From the NCBI GenBank assembly GCA_964252035.1, contig OZ176204.1: a DNA stretch of 64,000 nucleotides, one strand, 5' to 3'. A program made the translations under genes and the position numbers. How positions within the stretch are numbered: the stretch's first letter is position 1; the number at the start of each line of letters is the position of its first letter. This stretch comes from Podarcis erhardii (taxonomy: Eukaryota). Positions 23,838 to 38,000 of this stretch are shown here, one piece after another. The notes below the pieces were generated by a model. That model did no database searches and was not told where the DNA came from. It saw only the letters and a program-made list of their open reading frames with translations.

Positions 23838-24448
23838 ATCTGGAAGATGGGAATAAGACAAAGTGTTTGCACTGAAGAATAGGGAAACAGAATTTGTTGC
23901 ACTAATTATCTCTCTCTCCCCCTCCCAATTTTTTGTGCTGCAACTGATGTGAATATATAAGAAATAGGTGAATTTTTTTTGTTTTTGCACTTAACTAATT
24001 ATAAATGTATGGATTATGTGGGATTATATGAAGAACATTTGTTGCTGAAGAATATATGGATTTGGTGCTTTTAGGGTATTAAAACTCCCTGCTCCCCTCT
24101 ACAGGATTAAAAATCCTTCCTTTCTTTTTGTGGAAAACAAGTTTTGTTTTTCTTAAGAACTGCACTGGACCAAACTACTTACGAAAAAGGCACTTCCATA
24201 TTTTTTTTTATTTAATGCACAAGGGTGGTTCCCCCCCCCCTTTGTTTTCGGTAGAATGTGTATTGATTTTGGTTTTTTAAATTAATTTTGATCATGTTTG
24301 TAGATTTCATAAGCACTTTATAAAAGAATTTGTTTGCAAAGTTTCTGATTTTTTTGTTGCTTTTATTGTGGTAATAAAGTTCCTGAAGGAGGATCCTTAC
24401 CTGTATTCATCAAGTTTCTATTTAAAAATCCAATAGTTTGACAATAAA
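23838..24448 (+). other. MED12L: MED12L 3' UTR with candidate polyadenylation signals AATAAA at 24373 and 24443
   Basis: AT/T-rich sequence after the stop codon with two AATAAA hexamers; the true cleavage site is not determinable from sequence. Confidence 0.55.
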
Positions 24449-25864
24449 AAGCCTACTAGACTTCAGTACAAATCTCCGTAGCAAGATCTCCTACCTGCAG
24501 ATGATCAAAATGAGTACCCAAAACCTAAATAATCACATGTTCAGTCATGCTCAGGGTTGCAGCCTATAACTGCAGTTTGAGACTAGAATAATTAAATGCA
24601 TAGGTTTTCATTCTGTTTCCTGTAATTCCACTGGAGATATGCTAACATGGTTTCCACAGCATGCACCGGAAATTAAGATAATTTCTATTTATCAGTGTGG
24701 GTATTTCAGAATAATTTCAGGGAAGTTGTTTAATCTTCTTCTAATTCTTCTTTTTTACACATGTTTCCAGGTATTCTAAACAGTTTTCCAAAAGATTTCA
24801 TAATATAGTTGAAATGTAAGGAAATAGCTGTTTTCTGAAATGCCATATATATGGTTTTTCCATATATATTAAATAAAATCACTTCATCCATTCAACTGGG
24901 TCTACACTCCCCAGAGTCACAGAAATAGTTACTTATTATTTTGTACGGTGGGTGTTCAAAAATTTGGTTATTTTTAGTTGTGTAAATAAATTCAGCTGTA
25001 TTTATTTATAAATTTGCTGCCAAAGCACAAGTAAATTATCATCAGATTTATTACTATAAAAACAGAAACTATTTTAATCTTGTGGAAGTGGCATTTGCTC
25101 ATATTCGAGTAAAGAATAATCAAAAGAAACTACTGTTTTGTGAATTTTTAGTATTCTGTGATAACCTTTTAGAATTAGATGCACAAATTTTGAATGTGAC
25201 TCATGTAGGGCATTTAAAAAAATACTTGAGACTATTTGACTATGTTTTCTGTATGAACTTTTCATTTGCCTTGTGATAAGCTGATCGTAAGGCTTACTGT
25301 GAATAAACAATCTCTACTGAGCAAATTAGTCAGATTATGTCAAATGAAATCTGCATTGCTATACCCAGCTGATGCATTTCTACCTTCCCACAGGATGTCC
25401 GAATCTTTAGTGTAATAAATACTTTTTGAACTGTTGTGTTTGTTGTGAAAACATCTGCACAATGATCCACTTGCATCCAGTATCTGCCTACTTATGCAAT
25501 GAAGATATGCCTATGCAATATGACTTTTGATTCTTTTTTCCCCTCTTCCTGTTCTGCCTCCCCATATGTCCTCAAAGTCTGCTCCAGAGGGTCCCCAATT
25601 CCTCTGGAACAGATTTTTGAGGACACCAGGGGCTAGAAAGGGGCGAAAGGAAGAAGCTCCGTTTCAGGAGTGGACTTGTGCTATGCTAGTTCCAGATTTC
25701 ATTACATTGGGAGTTACTCCTCGAAATATGAAAGCATATTTCCCTAAATATTGTAGGTTTTCTTAAGTTATTAAGAGCTGAAAATATATTTTAATGTATC
25801 TTGTGTGTCAAAAAGTTGCACATGCGTGTTGACCTCTGCTGCCACTGTGTATATTATGGCAAAG

Positions 25865-25865
25865 G

Positions 25866-25910
<45 letters not shown>

Positions 25911-26165
25911 TTATTTATACCCTGCCCATCTGGCTGAGTTTCCCCAGCCACTCTGGGCGGCTCCCAATCAAGTGTTAAAAACAATACAGCTTTAAATATT
26001 AAAAACTTCCCTGAACAAGGCTGCCTTCAGATGTCTTTTAAAGATAGGATAGCTGCTTATTTCCTTCACATCTGAAGGGAGGGTGTTCCACAGGGTGGGC
26101 ACCACTACCGAGAAGGCCCTCTGTCTAGCTCCCTGTAACCTCACTTCTCGCAATGAGGGAACTGC
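25865..26165 (-). mobile_element. L2-clade LINE 3' end with (TTA)n tail
   Basis: Remnant LREVRLQGARQRAFSVVVPTLWNTLPSDVKEI..FKRHLKAALFREVFNI; (TAA)n at 25868-25910 on the plus strand. Confidence 0.8.
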
Positions 26166-26525
26166 CAGAAGGTAGAATAGCACTCGCTTGCATGCTCTGT
26201 TACACCTGTTCAGCCTTTGTGAACTTAGGGTATTTTGTCCCAATGTCATTTGGCCTTTAGTTATGCAGAAGCTCATCTATCATTTTGCTGACAGTCCCCT
26301 ATGTTTGGATAGGTTCTTTCGGAAGTGTTGATAATTTTCTTGGGATTTTACCACCCTGGTTTAAACATTACATCAAATTGTTTAAAGAGCACACCTGAAT
26401 TAATGGTTGTCGAAACTATTTTACTCATTCTTTGGGGACGTTTTCTCTACATGAACCCTGCCCATGCACATGAATTTTAAAATGGAGTTTAAATAAGGAC
26501 ACAAGAATGACCTTGATGGGTCAGA

Positions 26526-26819
26526 CAGGACTGTCTTAAGCATATGCAGTGCCGGGGTGCAAAGATCTGCCCGGTGCCCCCCCCCCCCCCGGTTGCGCAG
26601 GAGGGTGGAGCCAGCTGCCCGCCTCAGCATCTCGCTGGCTTGGTTGCCCCCAAACTCATGGCGCAGAGCCGCCCACAGCAGAAGAGCCCACTCCGACCGA
26701 CTGGCGGGCTCTTCCCCAGACTCAGCTCTCGGGCCCTGGATTCTCTACCTGGCGTCCGTGAGAGCCCGTGAGAGCCCAGGTGCCCTACACCCCTAGCGCC
26801 TATGGGTAAGACAGCCCTG
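26526..26819. mobile_element. hAT-type MITE
   Basis: 8-bp TSD GGGTCAGA at 26518-26525 and 26820-26827; TIRs CAGGACTGTCTTA / TAAGACAGCCCTG. Confidence 0.85.
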
Positions 26820-27556
26820 GGGTCAGATCAGTATTCTGTTTCCCACACAGCCACATCCAAATGCATCTGGAACCGTTTTTACCAACTTAGTAATGCACGT
26901 AAGTTGCGGGCTTACTGTACACACATGGCTAGCAAAGCCTAATTTTCTCTTTACCTGGATCAAGCAAAAGATGAACCTTCCATTAGAGCAATATAAAAAT
27001 TATGGATGCTGCTCTCCAAATGTTTTTGGACTATAGCTTCCTGGCCGTTGGCCATGCTGGCTGGGGCTGATGGGGATCGGAGCCCAACAACATCTAGAGA
27101 GCCACAGGTTCTCAACCTTGGTTGACGCAGCTCTTTCATTCTTACAGACTGGGAACTTGACTGCAGAGGCCAAGGACAGGTTGTGATTGCTCTTGACCAG
27201 TAGCCGCCCAGCTGTTGTTGGACGACATCTCTCACCAACCCTGATCACTGGCCATGGTGACTGGGGATGATAAGAGCTCAACAACAGCTGGAGGGCCATA
27301 GGTGCTCTATACCAGTGCTTTATACCCTTAAAAACATCACACCAGAACATTCTGTTTTCACATGATTGGGTAATATTATTACATTGTGCTGCTCACAATT
27401 TTAGAACTCTTTTTCTCTTGGATATTGTGAAAGTCTTGCATCCAAACAGATCCTCCACTGCAGAACAAAGGAAAATACTGTTAAGGTATTCCTGTTATCT
27501 GCTCAGGTTCTGGATGTCCTCGACCCAGCAAAGACCAAATCTGGGAATACAGCATA

Positions 27557-27798
27557 CAGTGGTACCTCGGGTTGAGTACTTAATTCGTTCCAGAGATCCA
27601 TTCTTAACCTGAAACTGTTCTTAACCTGAAGCACCACTTTAGCTAATGGGGCCTCCTGCTGCTATTGTGCCGCCACCACACGATTTCTGTACTCATCCTG
27701 AAGCAAAGTTCTTAACCTGAAGCACTATCTGTGGGTTAGCAGAGTTTGTAACCTGAAGCGTCTGTAACCTGAAGCGTCTGTAACCCAAGGTACCACTG
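27557..27798 (+). mobile_element. Tc1/mariner (Tigger-like) MITE, AACCTGAAGC-repeat family, copy 1
   Basis: TA|CAGTGGTACCTCGGGTT ... AACCCAAGGTACCACTG|TA. Confidence 0.88.
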
Positions 27799-28499
27799 TA
27801 TTTCCATCAGGAGAAAGGCTGTTCCTGCTATAGTTTTGCCCATAGTCAACTGGCATGATAGTGGTTGTAATATTTGCAGTGTGATGGAGTTGCCATCATC
27901 TCTTGGCCTTAGCAGAGAGGCAAGATAAGATAAGATAAGTGAAACATGCATTCAGATGCAGGAGTGGAGCAGGTAAACTATATCTAGGTCTGGGCTGCTA
28001 CATTTTGATCCTCATGTGTGTGTTTTTAAGCAGCCAGTAAGAATAAACCACAAGTTCCTATAGTTCAGACATACCAGGAAAAGGTATGCCATTTTCAGAT
28101 TTTCAGTTAAATGCACATTTCTTAAAAGTATGAATTTTATTCAGGTCCCAATAAAGTAGCTAGCATCTTAAGCATGTAGAAAAGGTTGCTAATTCTTGCT
28201 TTCCCTCTTGGAGGTACAGCGTCACACAACAGTTGTGGGCTTAGGCTGGTGGATCAATATTTGTGCCATGTTAGCTGCATATTCACCTGTTCTGTAACAA
28301 ACTAGATGCAGAGAATCATGTATGGTCAGCAGTCTATAATGCAGTGGGAGTTCTGTGCCTGAAGGGTCTTGGCATAGCCTGCGGTCTGTGATCAGAGTTC
28401 TCCTACTCTGACCGAGCACAGCCTTATATCACTAGTTCTATCCTATGTGGCACGTCTAAACAGATGTCTTTTGCGTCTGCCCCAAGAATATAATTGACA

Positions 28500-29411
28500 G
28501 GCAATATAAAAATATTTACAATAAATAAATAAGGTACTCGGCGCAATTTCTTGGAGACAGCTGTATTCTGTTGGAGTAGACCAAAGGATCTTTCTTTGCA
28601 TCAGTTTTTCAGCCAAAGTGCCACCAGTTGCCCAGAACAAGCAAGAAGAAAAGTACACTGTCCTACTGCTTCCTCCTCAGTCTCTGCTCATGCATTGCAT
28701 ACTTATTAAACTTAAAGGCACCTTATATTCTTTTTTTATGTAAAATGTTTAGCAGCTGAATGGCAATTATACATCTGCACTTCTTTATATGCAGATCTGA
28801 TTGCTTTTTTATTTTACAAAAATAATCCATATTGTCTTTAAAAAAACAACACACAACCCTATCAAACTATTTTCTACTGGTTCTTCCATTGCCCCACAAA
28901 AAAGGACTCCTGCGTGACAGAACTAAATTTCAGCATTACAAAACTGGCAGCACCTTTTTGTTTTAAAAAAACAATGGTAAGATAGATACAAAATATTCAT
29001 ATTTGTCCACAAGGTAACGAACAGTCATCCCATTTCTTCTTTTTTCTTTACGTATCTTACATTTCATACTTCTTGTACTACTACCAAATGGGAAGTAAGA
29101 AATAACTTTTTAACAAACCCATCCTTGCACTAAATATTTCAAGTTATATTGCAATGCATTTGACTGACTGTAGTCAAGATGTAAGTGCCTTAAGTTCTCA
29201 AAGTCGCTTTAAAAATACCTCTAATATATTCATATCGGAACATGACACAATTTTTCTCCAAATCTTTCTGTCTGTTACTGTGTCCACTGTAAACTGAGAA
29301 TCGCAATTTTAACGAATCTGACACGACTGCTTTTGATTAAACATCTTCGAAAGCCAAACTTTGGCTCCTGATTAGCCTTTGTTATCAATTGTTCAGGCTG
29401 CATTTCTCGTC
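28500..29411 (-). other. IGSF10: IGSF10 3' UTR (candidate AATAAA at 28808-28813 on the minus strand)
   Basis: AT-rich sequence downstream of the stop; TTTATT on the plus strand. The end of the UTR is uncertain. Confidence 0.45.
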
Positions 29412-31320
29412 TCAGATAACTTGAACGTATGTTACTGTGGAATCGCTGCCAAGCTGGTTCTTAGCCATGCACTTATAGATGCCAGCATCTGACAGCTTTG
29501 GATTCTGAATTACTAATGTTCCTTGTGGATGAAGAAGTTCACTTCCAGATGGCCGGCCTTTGCTGCCTGTGGAAAGTAACGAGTGGTCAGGCAGCTCCCA
29601 TGTAATTTCTGGATTTGGTACTCCCAGTGCCATGCAGTGAAGCTGAACTGGTACCCCAGCCACTGTGCGGATATTCCTTGGCGGTCTGTTTGTAATCCGT
29701 GGCGGGTGTGCCACAATAATTACAAAAACAACTACCGTTGAATCACCAGCGTAGTTCTGAGCTTTGCATGCATAACTTCCTCTGTCATGGATGGTGGTTT
29801 CTCTGATAATGAGGGTGCCATTTTCCAGTAACATATATCTCCCATTAATCTGAGGCCGGTCTAGGATGTCACCATTGGGGGTTGTCCATATTATGCTTGG
29901 CTTGGGGCTTCCGCCAGCAAGACAGTGAAGGGATAACGGTTCCCCACTTATGCTTTTTATTGTTCCTCTTGGGTGGATAAAGATGGTGGGTTTCTGGCCA
30001 ACTTCCAATATGACCAACTTTTCAATGTAGCCAACTTTATTTTTAGCAGCACACCGGTACTTGCCTGCATCTGCTTTGGAAGGGCTGTAGATGACAAGGG
30101 TGCCGTTGTCCCCCAAGAAGTAATGGAGTGTTCTAAAACCACTGGAAACCCTTGTTCCATTGGGTAACATCCAGATTATCTCAGGAGGTGGGTTTCCATC
30201 TACAGAGCAGTTCAGAAAGGCAGTTTTCCCAGCCTTTGCTATTACTTTCTCGTTAAATGGATTCCTGAACATTGGTCTCCTAAGCATTTCTAACACCTCC
30301 AGTTGGACCACCAATATGCTTTCTCCGCCATCGTTACGTGCCACACAGACAAACTCTGCCGTATCTGAAGACCTTACGTTACGAATTTCAAGAGTCCCAT
30401 TTTTGTGTACTGTTATTCTACTCCCATAGTATGGGGCTGTTAGGAAAATATTGTCAGGCATAATCCACATGATTTGGGGTATGGGCGTTCCTTCAGCTCT
30501 GCAGTCTATTTGTTTCCTTGAGTGTTTTATGGCTGTTGTTTTAATGATAGTCTTGTTTGTATACAACCCATTGATGAGAGGCGGTTTAGAGATTACTTCA
30601 AGTTTATAAAGCCTTGTATCATCTCCACCAGAGTTGCGAGCAACACATATGTATTCTCCAGCATCTATGAGCCTCACCTTTGTGACGGACAAGGATCCAT
30701 TAACATGAAGAAAATACCTGTGATTGGAAGCTGAAATCATGTCGTTGGAAGGCAACAACCAGAAAATGTTTGGCTTAGGTTGACCTGTGGTTTCACAGTT
30801 GAAAACTGCAGTGTCTCCTGCTCTGATCTTTACATAGGTCTTGGAATTCTGCTTGATCCGTGGCGCCGCTGCTAGCACTGTTATGTGCACTTTCATTTCG
30901 TCTTTCCCAAGTGTGTTTTGAGCATAACACGTGTAGTCGCCCTCTTCAGCTATTCCCACCTTGTTGAAATACAGTGTCCCGTTGTCAAACAGAGTGTACC
31001 TACGAGACCTGTGCCCACTGTCATCTGCTTGCATCACGTTGTTGATCATTGTGCCGTCTGGCAAACTCCAAGATATCTCTGGTTCTGGGGACCCGGAAGC
31101 TTTGCAGTCCACTTTCAAGTCCTTCCCGTAAGGCACCAGTTTCTTAAAATACTGCTTTTGATCGATTTTTGCAGGCTTCATTGTCACGCTGACTTTCATT
31201 AGGATCAAGTCGTCTCCCATTTTATTCCTAGCCACGCATATATAGTCACCAGCATCCTTTTCTGTGACTCTTTCAACAGCCAAGGATCCATTGGGATGCA
31301 CATGGATTCGACTCCCCATT
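29412..31320 (-). CDS. IGSF10: IGSF10 coding exon 6 (terminal Ig array, stop)
   Basis: ttttag|A ATG GGG AGT CGA ... GTT ATC TGA; lies within ORF 29412-31331. Confidence 0.96.
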
Positions 31321-34300
31321 CTAAAAAGCAATGGAAGAAAGGAAAGGTGTTTAGTCTGATATACTTAAGAACAGGCATAGGCAAACTCGGCCCTCCAGAT
31401 GTTTTGGGACTACAATTCCCATCACTCCTAGCTAACAGGACCAGTGGTCAGGGATGATGGGAACTGGAGGGCCAAGTTTGCCTATGCCTGCTTAAGAACA
31501 TAAGAAAAGCCCTTCTGGGAGAAGCTAAAGGCCCATCTAGTCCAGAATTCTCTTTTGACAGCGGTCAACCACATGCCTATGGGAAGCCCACAACCAGAGC
31601 GGTACCTCAGGTTACATACACTTCAGGTTACATACGCTTCAGGTTACAGACTCCGCTAACCCAGAAATAGTGCTTCAGGTTAAGAACTTTGCTTCAGGAT
31701 GAGAACAGAAATCGTGCTCCGGTGGTGCGGCGGCAGCAGGAGGCCCCATTAGCTAAAGTGGTGCTTCAGGTTAAGAACAGTTTCAGGTTAAGTACGGACC
31801 TCCAGAACGAATTAAGTACTTAACCTGAGGTACCACTGTATGCCAAAAAAGACGGAGACCCTAACTGTAACACTGCTGATTCTCAATGACATTATAACTT
31901 AAGAATTAAAGACAAGCTAAGATATGAGTGCATTGAGTAGAAGCATTTGGAAGTTCCTTTGAGCCCTCTTCAGGAGTCATGAGTGGAGTGTACGGCTGCA
32001 CCAAGTAACTCCTCCCATGGCATCAGTGCATATTGTGTGAACTTCTGCGCAATGGGGGGTGGGATGGGGGCTTCACACATAGATGTATGTGCAAAGGCTT
32101 CCATGTTGTCTTATATCAGAATTGTGCAGGATTCCAGGTTGTGTGGAAGCCTTTGGAAGCCTCTCTCCCTCCATCTCTAAGTACAGCTTGACTTGGTGGG
32201 AAATTTCCTTTGTCAAATGTAAGAGCGAACTGCAAGCCTACTTGTTCTTCATATGACATGCACTAGTTTGGATCAGGAAAGTGCAAACATATCACTCCTC
32301 TGCTCATTCTGTTTGGAAGCCTTGCAGAGAGCTGGCAGATGTTAATTATGTGGACCAGACTTCAGGGATCTGCAATCTGTTTGGATTTAGATGCTAGGTC
32401 AGTCTAGAGATCACAAGATTTGTTACTGCCAAGCTCTAATATGGAAACCACTGGCTTCACTTAAGAACTCAATTGATGGTTAGTGGCCAAAATGTTGGGC
32501 AGAACTGTATTACTATGAGTTAAAGCAAACTCGTCCAAAATAAAATACTATGATATTGATGCTGTGGAGCTGCAACCACCCAACCTAGGAATGAGGTTTT
32601 AATGGAAATAATACATTTACAAACAAGAACTCATAGGAGCCTTGCTTGTCCCTGAAGCGGCTGTAGTGAAGACAGCCCTAACTGGACTGGAACAGTATGG
32701 TAAAATGTGCTTCAACCCTTATATCGTCAGTCTCATTCTTAAATACTGTAGCACTGTACTGCTCTGGCATCTAAAGGTGCAGTCCAAAGCTTCCACACCT
32801 GTTAGTGGAGTTTAAAGGAATGCAGTTGTGCCTCTCACAGCATCTGAGTAGAAAGGTCAGGGCAATGGCTGGCGGCTGGCAAGAGAGCTGACTTAGCCAG
32901 CAGAGTTGGCTGAGAAACACTTCCATCAAATTTGACCACTACCACTCCACAGCCTGGTGTAAGGAGGGTTTGGATTGTTCTGCAAGTCACTCAGCAAATG
33001 ACAGCTAGACACCCCTCGTATCAAAGTACCAGAGCAGCTCAGCAAAGGGTGTAAAGAAATTCATTTGTTTGATTCAGCCCTCTTTGACACAAAGGCAGAA
33101 CAGTTCATTTGTCATTCTCCTCCAGCACAACACTATCCAATGCGAAACCCAATGGTTACAATATACCGTACTTTTCCGTGTATAGGACTAGGGTTTTTTT
33201 ATTTATTAAAAAAATATATTCAAAATTGTGGATCGTCTTATACATGGATACAATCTCCCCCCGTTTTCTCCATTTGGAGTTCCCCCAAATAGGGGACGTC
33301 TTATACATGGGGGCATGTTATATACAGAAAAATATGGTAGCTAATCAAGCAAATAAGTAATGCTGCGATTTTCACGCGACCTACCTGTGCCACTGATCAA
33401 CAACAGCTTTTGAAGGTAATCTCCATATTATCTTGGGTCTTGGCTCCCCTGTAGCTGAGCAGTTCAGAAGCAACCTGTCCCCAAAATTCAGCTGAGTCAG
33501 TCTTTGAGATGAAACTGTGATTCTGGGGACTGTATCGCTATGTTCTACCTGGATGATGACCACTCTCCTCTCTGAGCCAGTGGAGCTGGTGGCTATGCAT
33601 TCATAATTCCCACTGTCAGAAGGACTGATATTCTTGATGTAAAGGGTTCCATTAGGGAAAAGGAAAAATTTGCCATTTATATACTGCAAAGGCTTCACCT
33701 CTGTTCCATCGAAGAGAACCCAGTGAACGTAGGGCTGTGGGTTTCCTTTGGCTGTGCAGGGCAGCTTCAAGCTTGCCCCGATATTCTCCAACATACGTTG
33801 CTTCTTCTCTTCCAGTATAATGGGTGGCGCAGCAATAACTTGCAGCCTCACTGTCATTGTATCTGAACCAGCTGCGTTGCTTGCTGTGCATGTGTAAATC
33901 CCTCTGTCGTAAACGCTGACTCTCTTTATCACCAGCGTGCCATCTGCTTGCACAGAAACAGCCTCATTTCCCATAGAAGACTCTGAGATGTAAGTTTTGT
34001 TTGCGAGGATCCATGTTATGGTAGGAATGGGACGGCCTTCGGCAGTGCATTTCAGGGCTACTGGCTTGTCAGAGTGAACAGTAATAATTTTGGACCTTCC
34101 CTCCAAGATTCGAGGTGGATAAGTCACCACGGACAACGTGATAAGAAGCCTGTCGGAACCATGCTGATTGGCAGCAACACAGAGGTACTGTCCGCGGTCC
34201 TGGATGTTGACGTTCTGGATGGAGAGAGTCCCGTTGGGAAGAACCTCAAATCTGTTATCACGCTTGTGTTTTGACGCATCAACCCCTAGTTGAAAGAGAT

Positions 34301-34999
34301 GGAAATAAAATTAGCCTAATCTCTGTGTTAAAATCTTACTTTTTTATTTGCTTGGCAAGTCAAATGGTGTTTGTTTGTTTGTTTGTTTTTTTACTGCATT
34401 TCTATTGCTCTTGTGCTTCTCCCTTTTCTAAATTTTTCATCCTAAAAACCCCACTTTAATAAACTACCGAATTTACTCAAATCTAATGCTCACTTTTTTT
34501 GGCCAAATTGTGTTCTGAAAATTAAGGTTCACGTTAGATTCGATGGCACATTAGACTTGAGCAAATATAGTATTTTCATATATATTTATTAGGTAACCAA
34601 AAAAATCAGCTGTAAGCTCGAATTATCCTTTCATATGTAGAGTTATATAGTAAGTAGAAGTAAAATGCAGGTAAGTCATCAGAGTTGCAGCCCTGCATCA
34701 GAATAAGAACATGAGGAGCTGCCTTACACAGAGTCAGACTCATCTAACTCAGGGACTGGCAGTGGCTCTCCAAGCAGCAGCCTCTTCCAGATGTATCTGG
34801 GGATCACAGAGATTGACCCTGGGACCTTCCACATGCAAGGCACATACCCTACTGCTAAGTAGGGCTGGGTGATATCTGGTTTTCAACATTGTGATATATC
34901 CCCAGCAAAATATCGTGATATATCACTCTGAAATAAGGATGGAGCTATGTAGAGGCACTGGCTGGCTTCACAGTTTCTCTTGTATCGTCATTTTTGCAT

Positions 35000-35045
<46 letters not shown>

Positions 35046-38000
35046 TAACGATTTGTGAAATATTGCCAGGTCAAAAATTACAAAACCGATATCACAATAC
35101 GGACTTCAAACTGGTTTGGGGTGATATATTGATATATCACCCAGCCCTACTGCTAAGTTATGACCCCTCCCCAATACGGTGCCCTAGGTTAAGTACTTAA
35201 GTCGTTCCGGAGGTCCGTTCTTAACCTGAAACTGTTCTTAACCTGAAGCACCACTTTAGCTAATGGGGCCTCCTGCTGCCACTGCACGATTTCTGTTCTC
35301 ATCCTGAAGCAAAGTTCTTAACCCGAGTCACTATTTCTGGGTTAGCGGAGTCTGTAACCTGAAGTGTATGTAACCTGAAGCGTATGTAACCCGAGGTACC
35401 ACTGTACTGCTTTTCAAGTCCCACAGAAGAAGAAAGGATTTCTACAACTGTGTTCAAAGGCACGATTGTATTTATAAAACCACATTTCCTCTAAGGAGCT
35501 CAGGGCAATACATGTGGTTCTCTCCCCCCGCTCTCCATTTTGTCCTCACAATTGCCTGGTGGAGAGGGTGGCTATTGCAGAGAGTATGGCTGCCCCAGGG
35601 CCACACACTTTTGAACCAGAGTCCCCCCAATCCTAGCCCAACACACAAATCTCTATAACACAATGGTTCTCATTGCACCCTCAAAACCCAACCATAGGGC
35701 TATAAGCATTCTTAAGATATTAATACTGCACACACGACATCCTAGCTTGTTTCTTGTGTATATCAAAAAAGGAGAAAGAAATATTCCATGTAAACTTGAG
35801 AAACGTACCTGATGATACCTTGGTCCAGTGTATTATTGGCCGAGGGTTCCCACTGGCTTCGCAAGGGATGAAAGCATCTGAATTAGCCAAGACAGTAAAC
35901 GCTGCCAGTTTCCCTCCAATTATCCTGGGTCTTGCCCCCCTGCGTTGGTGGAACAAATCTAAGGTTATCTGATTGGTGGTAGTGACTTCCTGGTCTATGG
36001 TCTTCTCAGCCCAATTATTCACCTGATTGTTCTTATTCTTCCTCCACAAAGGAGTATATTGAGTGGAGCTCTGTGGGGACTTAAATCTGCCCAATGTGCT
36101 GACCGTGAAAGTTTCGCCACTTTCTGCAGCCTCCTGCCAAGACAGTTCCCCCTGCCTGGGAGATGCAGTGGTTTGTGTGATAACTGGCATGAGCGTTGTT
36201 TGGGGTGCTAATGGGCTAGGAGACCGTGTGTTGGGGTATCTTGCATTAGTAGGAGTTTGGGTACTTATCTCAATTTTAAGAGAAAAGGCTGCTTTTGTTG
36301 TTTGGCCTTTTTTGCTAGCTTCCCATCCTACAGTCTGATTTGATTCCTTATTAGCACCCACTGTAGTAGCCTGAGTTAGTCTGCTGGACTCTGGTGTCCG
36401 TGTTACCAAGGCTGTGCCTGGTATTGCTGTGATTGGGCTGGCTGTGTCCAAGACTGATACAGTGAGTGGGATGACGGTTGCAGGTTTTTCAGAAGACGAA
36501 TTATCCACTGCTATCTCAATAGTGACCGTATTTTTGGTAGGGATATTCCTTATTAATACCTGAGTGGCTGGTGTAGATTTATTCTCTGCAACTGTGCCAG
36601 TTGTGCCAGGACTGGGTGTCTGTGGTGTAGTTCTAATGGCATCCATACTAGTGGATTTCGAAAACAGTTCATCTGTTAGGGGGCTGGCAGCTTGCCTTAT
36701 GCTTTCAGCTGTTGTAAAAGCAGGAGAAGCCGTTGGTTTTTTGGACATTGTAGCAGAACCTTTGCTGAGAATGAGGTTTCTGTATGAAGACACGGGATTT
36801 TTCAGAGGCCTTCTCCTCCTCTGACCCCTCCTTCTGCCTGGTCTTAACGCTCTGAATCTGCCAACGTTTGTTTTAACACGGACAGTAGTAGTTGGAGTGA
36901 GAATTGGTAGGATGCTGCTGGTGGCATCTGTTTCTTTTCCTAGAACAGTTGTAAGATTGGAGGCAAAGGCTGAAGATGGCAATTCTGAAGCATCGAGCGA
37001 TAGCAGGGGGACTAGTTTTACTAGCATCATGTTGTCACTGGTGGGTTGAATTAGGTGGTCATCAGTTCGGATCTTTGTCTTTGAAACAGCACTTTTATAT
37101 GTATGTGATGTTGTGTATGCTGGCATTGGAACTGTAGTTTGGAGAGGCAAAACAGATACTGTAGGTGAGGGTTCTCTGCTTGTTTGCAACTCGGGTTCCT
37201 TCTCCAGTAGCTGCTTTTGTGCATGATTGCTTCCAAAGAAATTATGCAAAGGAATTTCCCCTGTTGAAACAACGGAAGAGGCCTTAGTTCCAAGAGCAGA
37301 AAGGGTAGATTTCATAACCAAAGGTGACATGGTAGTTGTGGTTTCCATGCCAGTCCTGGGGCTATGGATAGTTGCCTTTGGGAGTCTGATGCTAAATGAT
37401 GGGTTTGCGTCGGTGATTCCTTGTAATGCTCCACCAGATTTTGCTTCTCTGTGCGATAGAACTTGTGTGCTTTCAGGATAGAAGGGGATTGTTGTTGAAG
37501 TTGTATGCTCTTCAGCTGCAACCAGTTTGTTTCTTGAGAATGCCCAAAACTGATTTGCAGTAGTTGCTTCTGGGTAACGAGTTTTAAATGAAGTGGAAAC
37601 AGGAGCTTGAGAGACAGTCTGTTCAAGAGATTTGTTGGGAGGAGATAAGGCAGGTGTGCTCACTTCTACAGGAGGAGGTAGAGTTGTACTTGCTTGAGCA
37701 AACCGTGATTTAACAAAAGCAAATCTCCGACCTGCAATGTTGGAAATACGGCCAGGTCTAATTATTCGTCTTCTATTAGAGATTTTTCTTCGTCTGCTAT
37801 ACTGCCTGGGGGGGAGTGGTGGGTTGTGAGTTGTAGCACCCCCAACTACCTTAATCTGCTGGTGAGTGACAATGGTTGAGCTTGAAGGTAACCGAGGCAC
37901 TATTTTTTGTGTACTGTAAGCATACATATGACTAAATATATCATCATCAGGAACATTGGCTGTCACTAGAGATACCTGCTGATTGGATTTCTTTGATACT

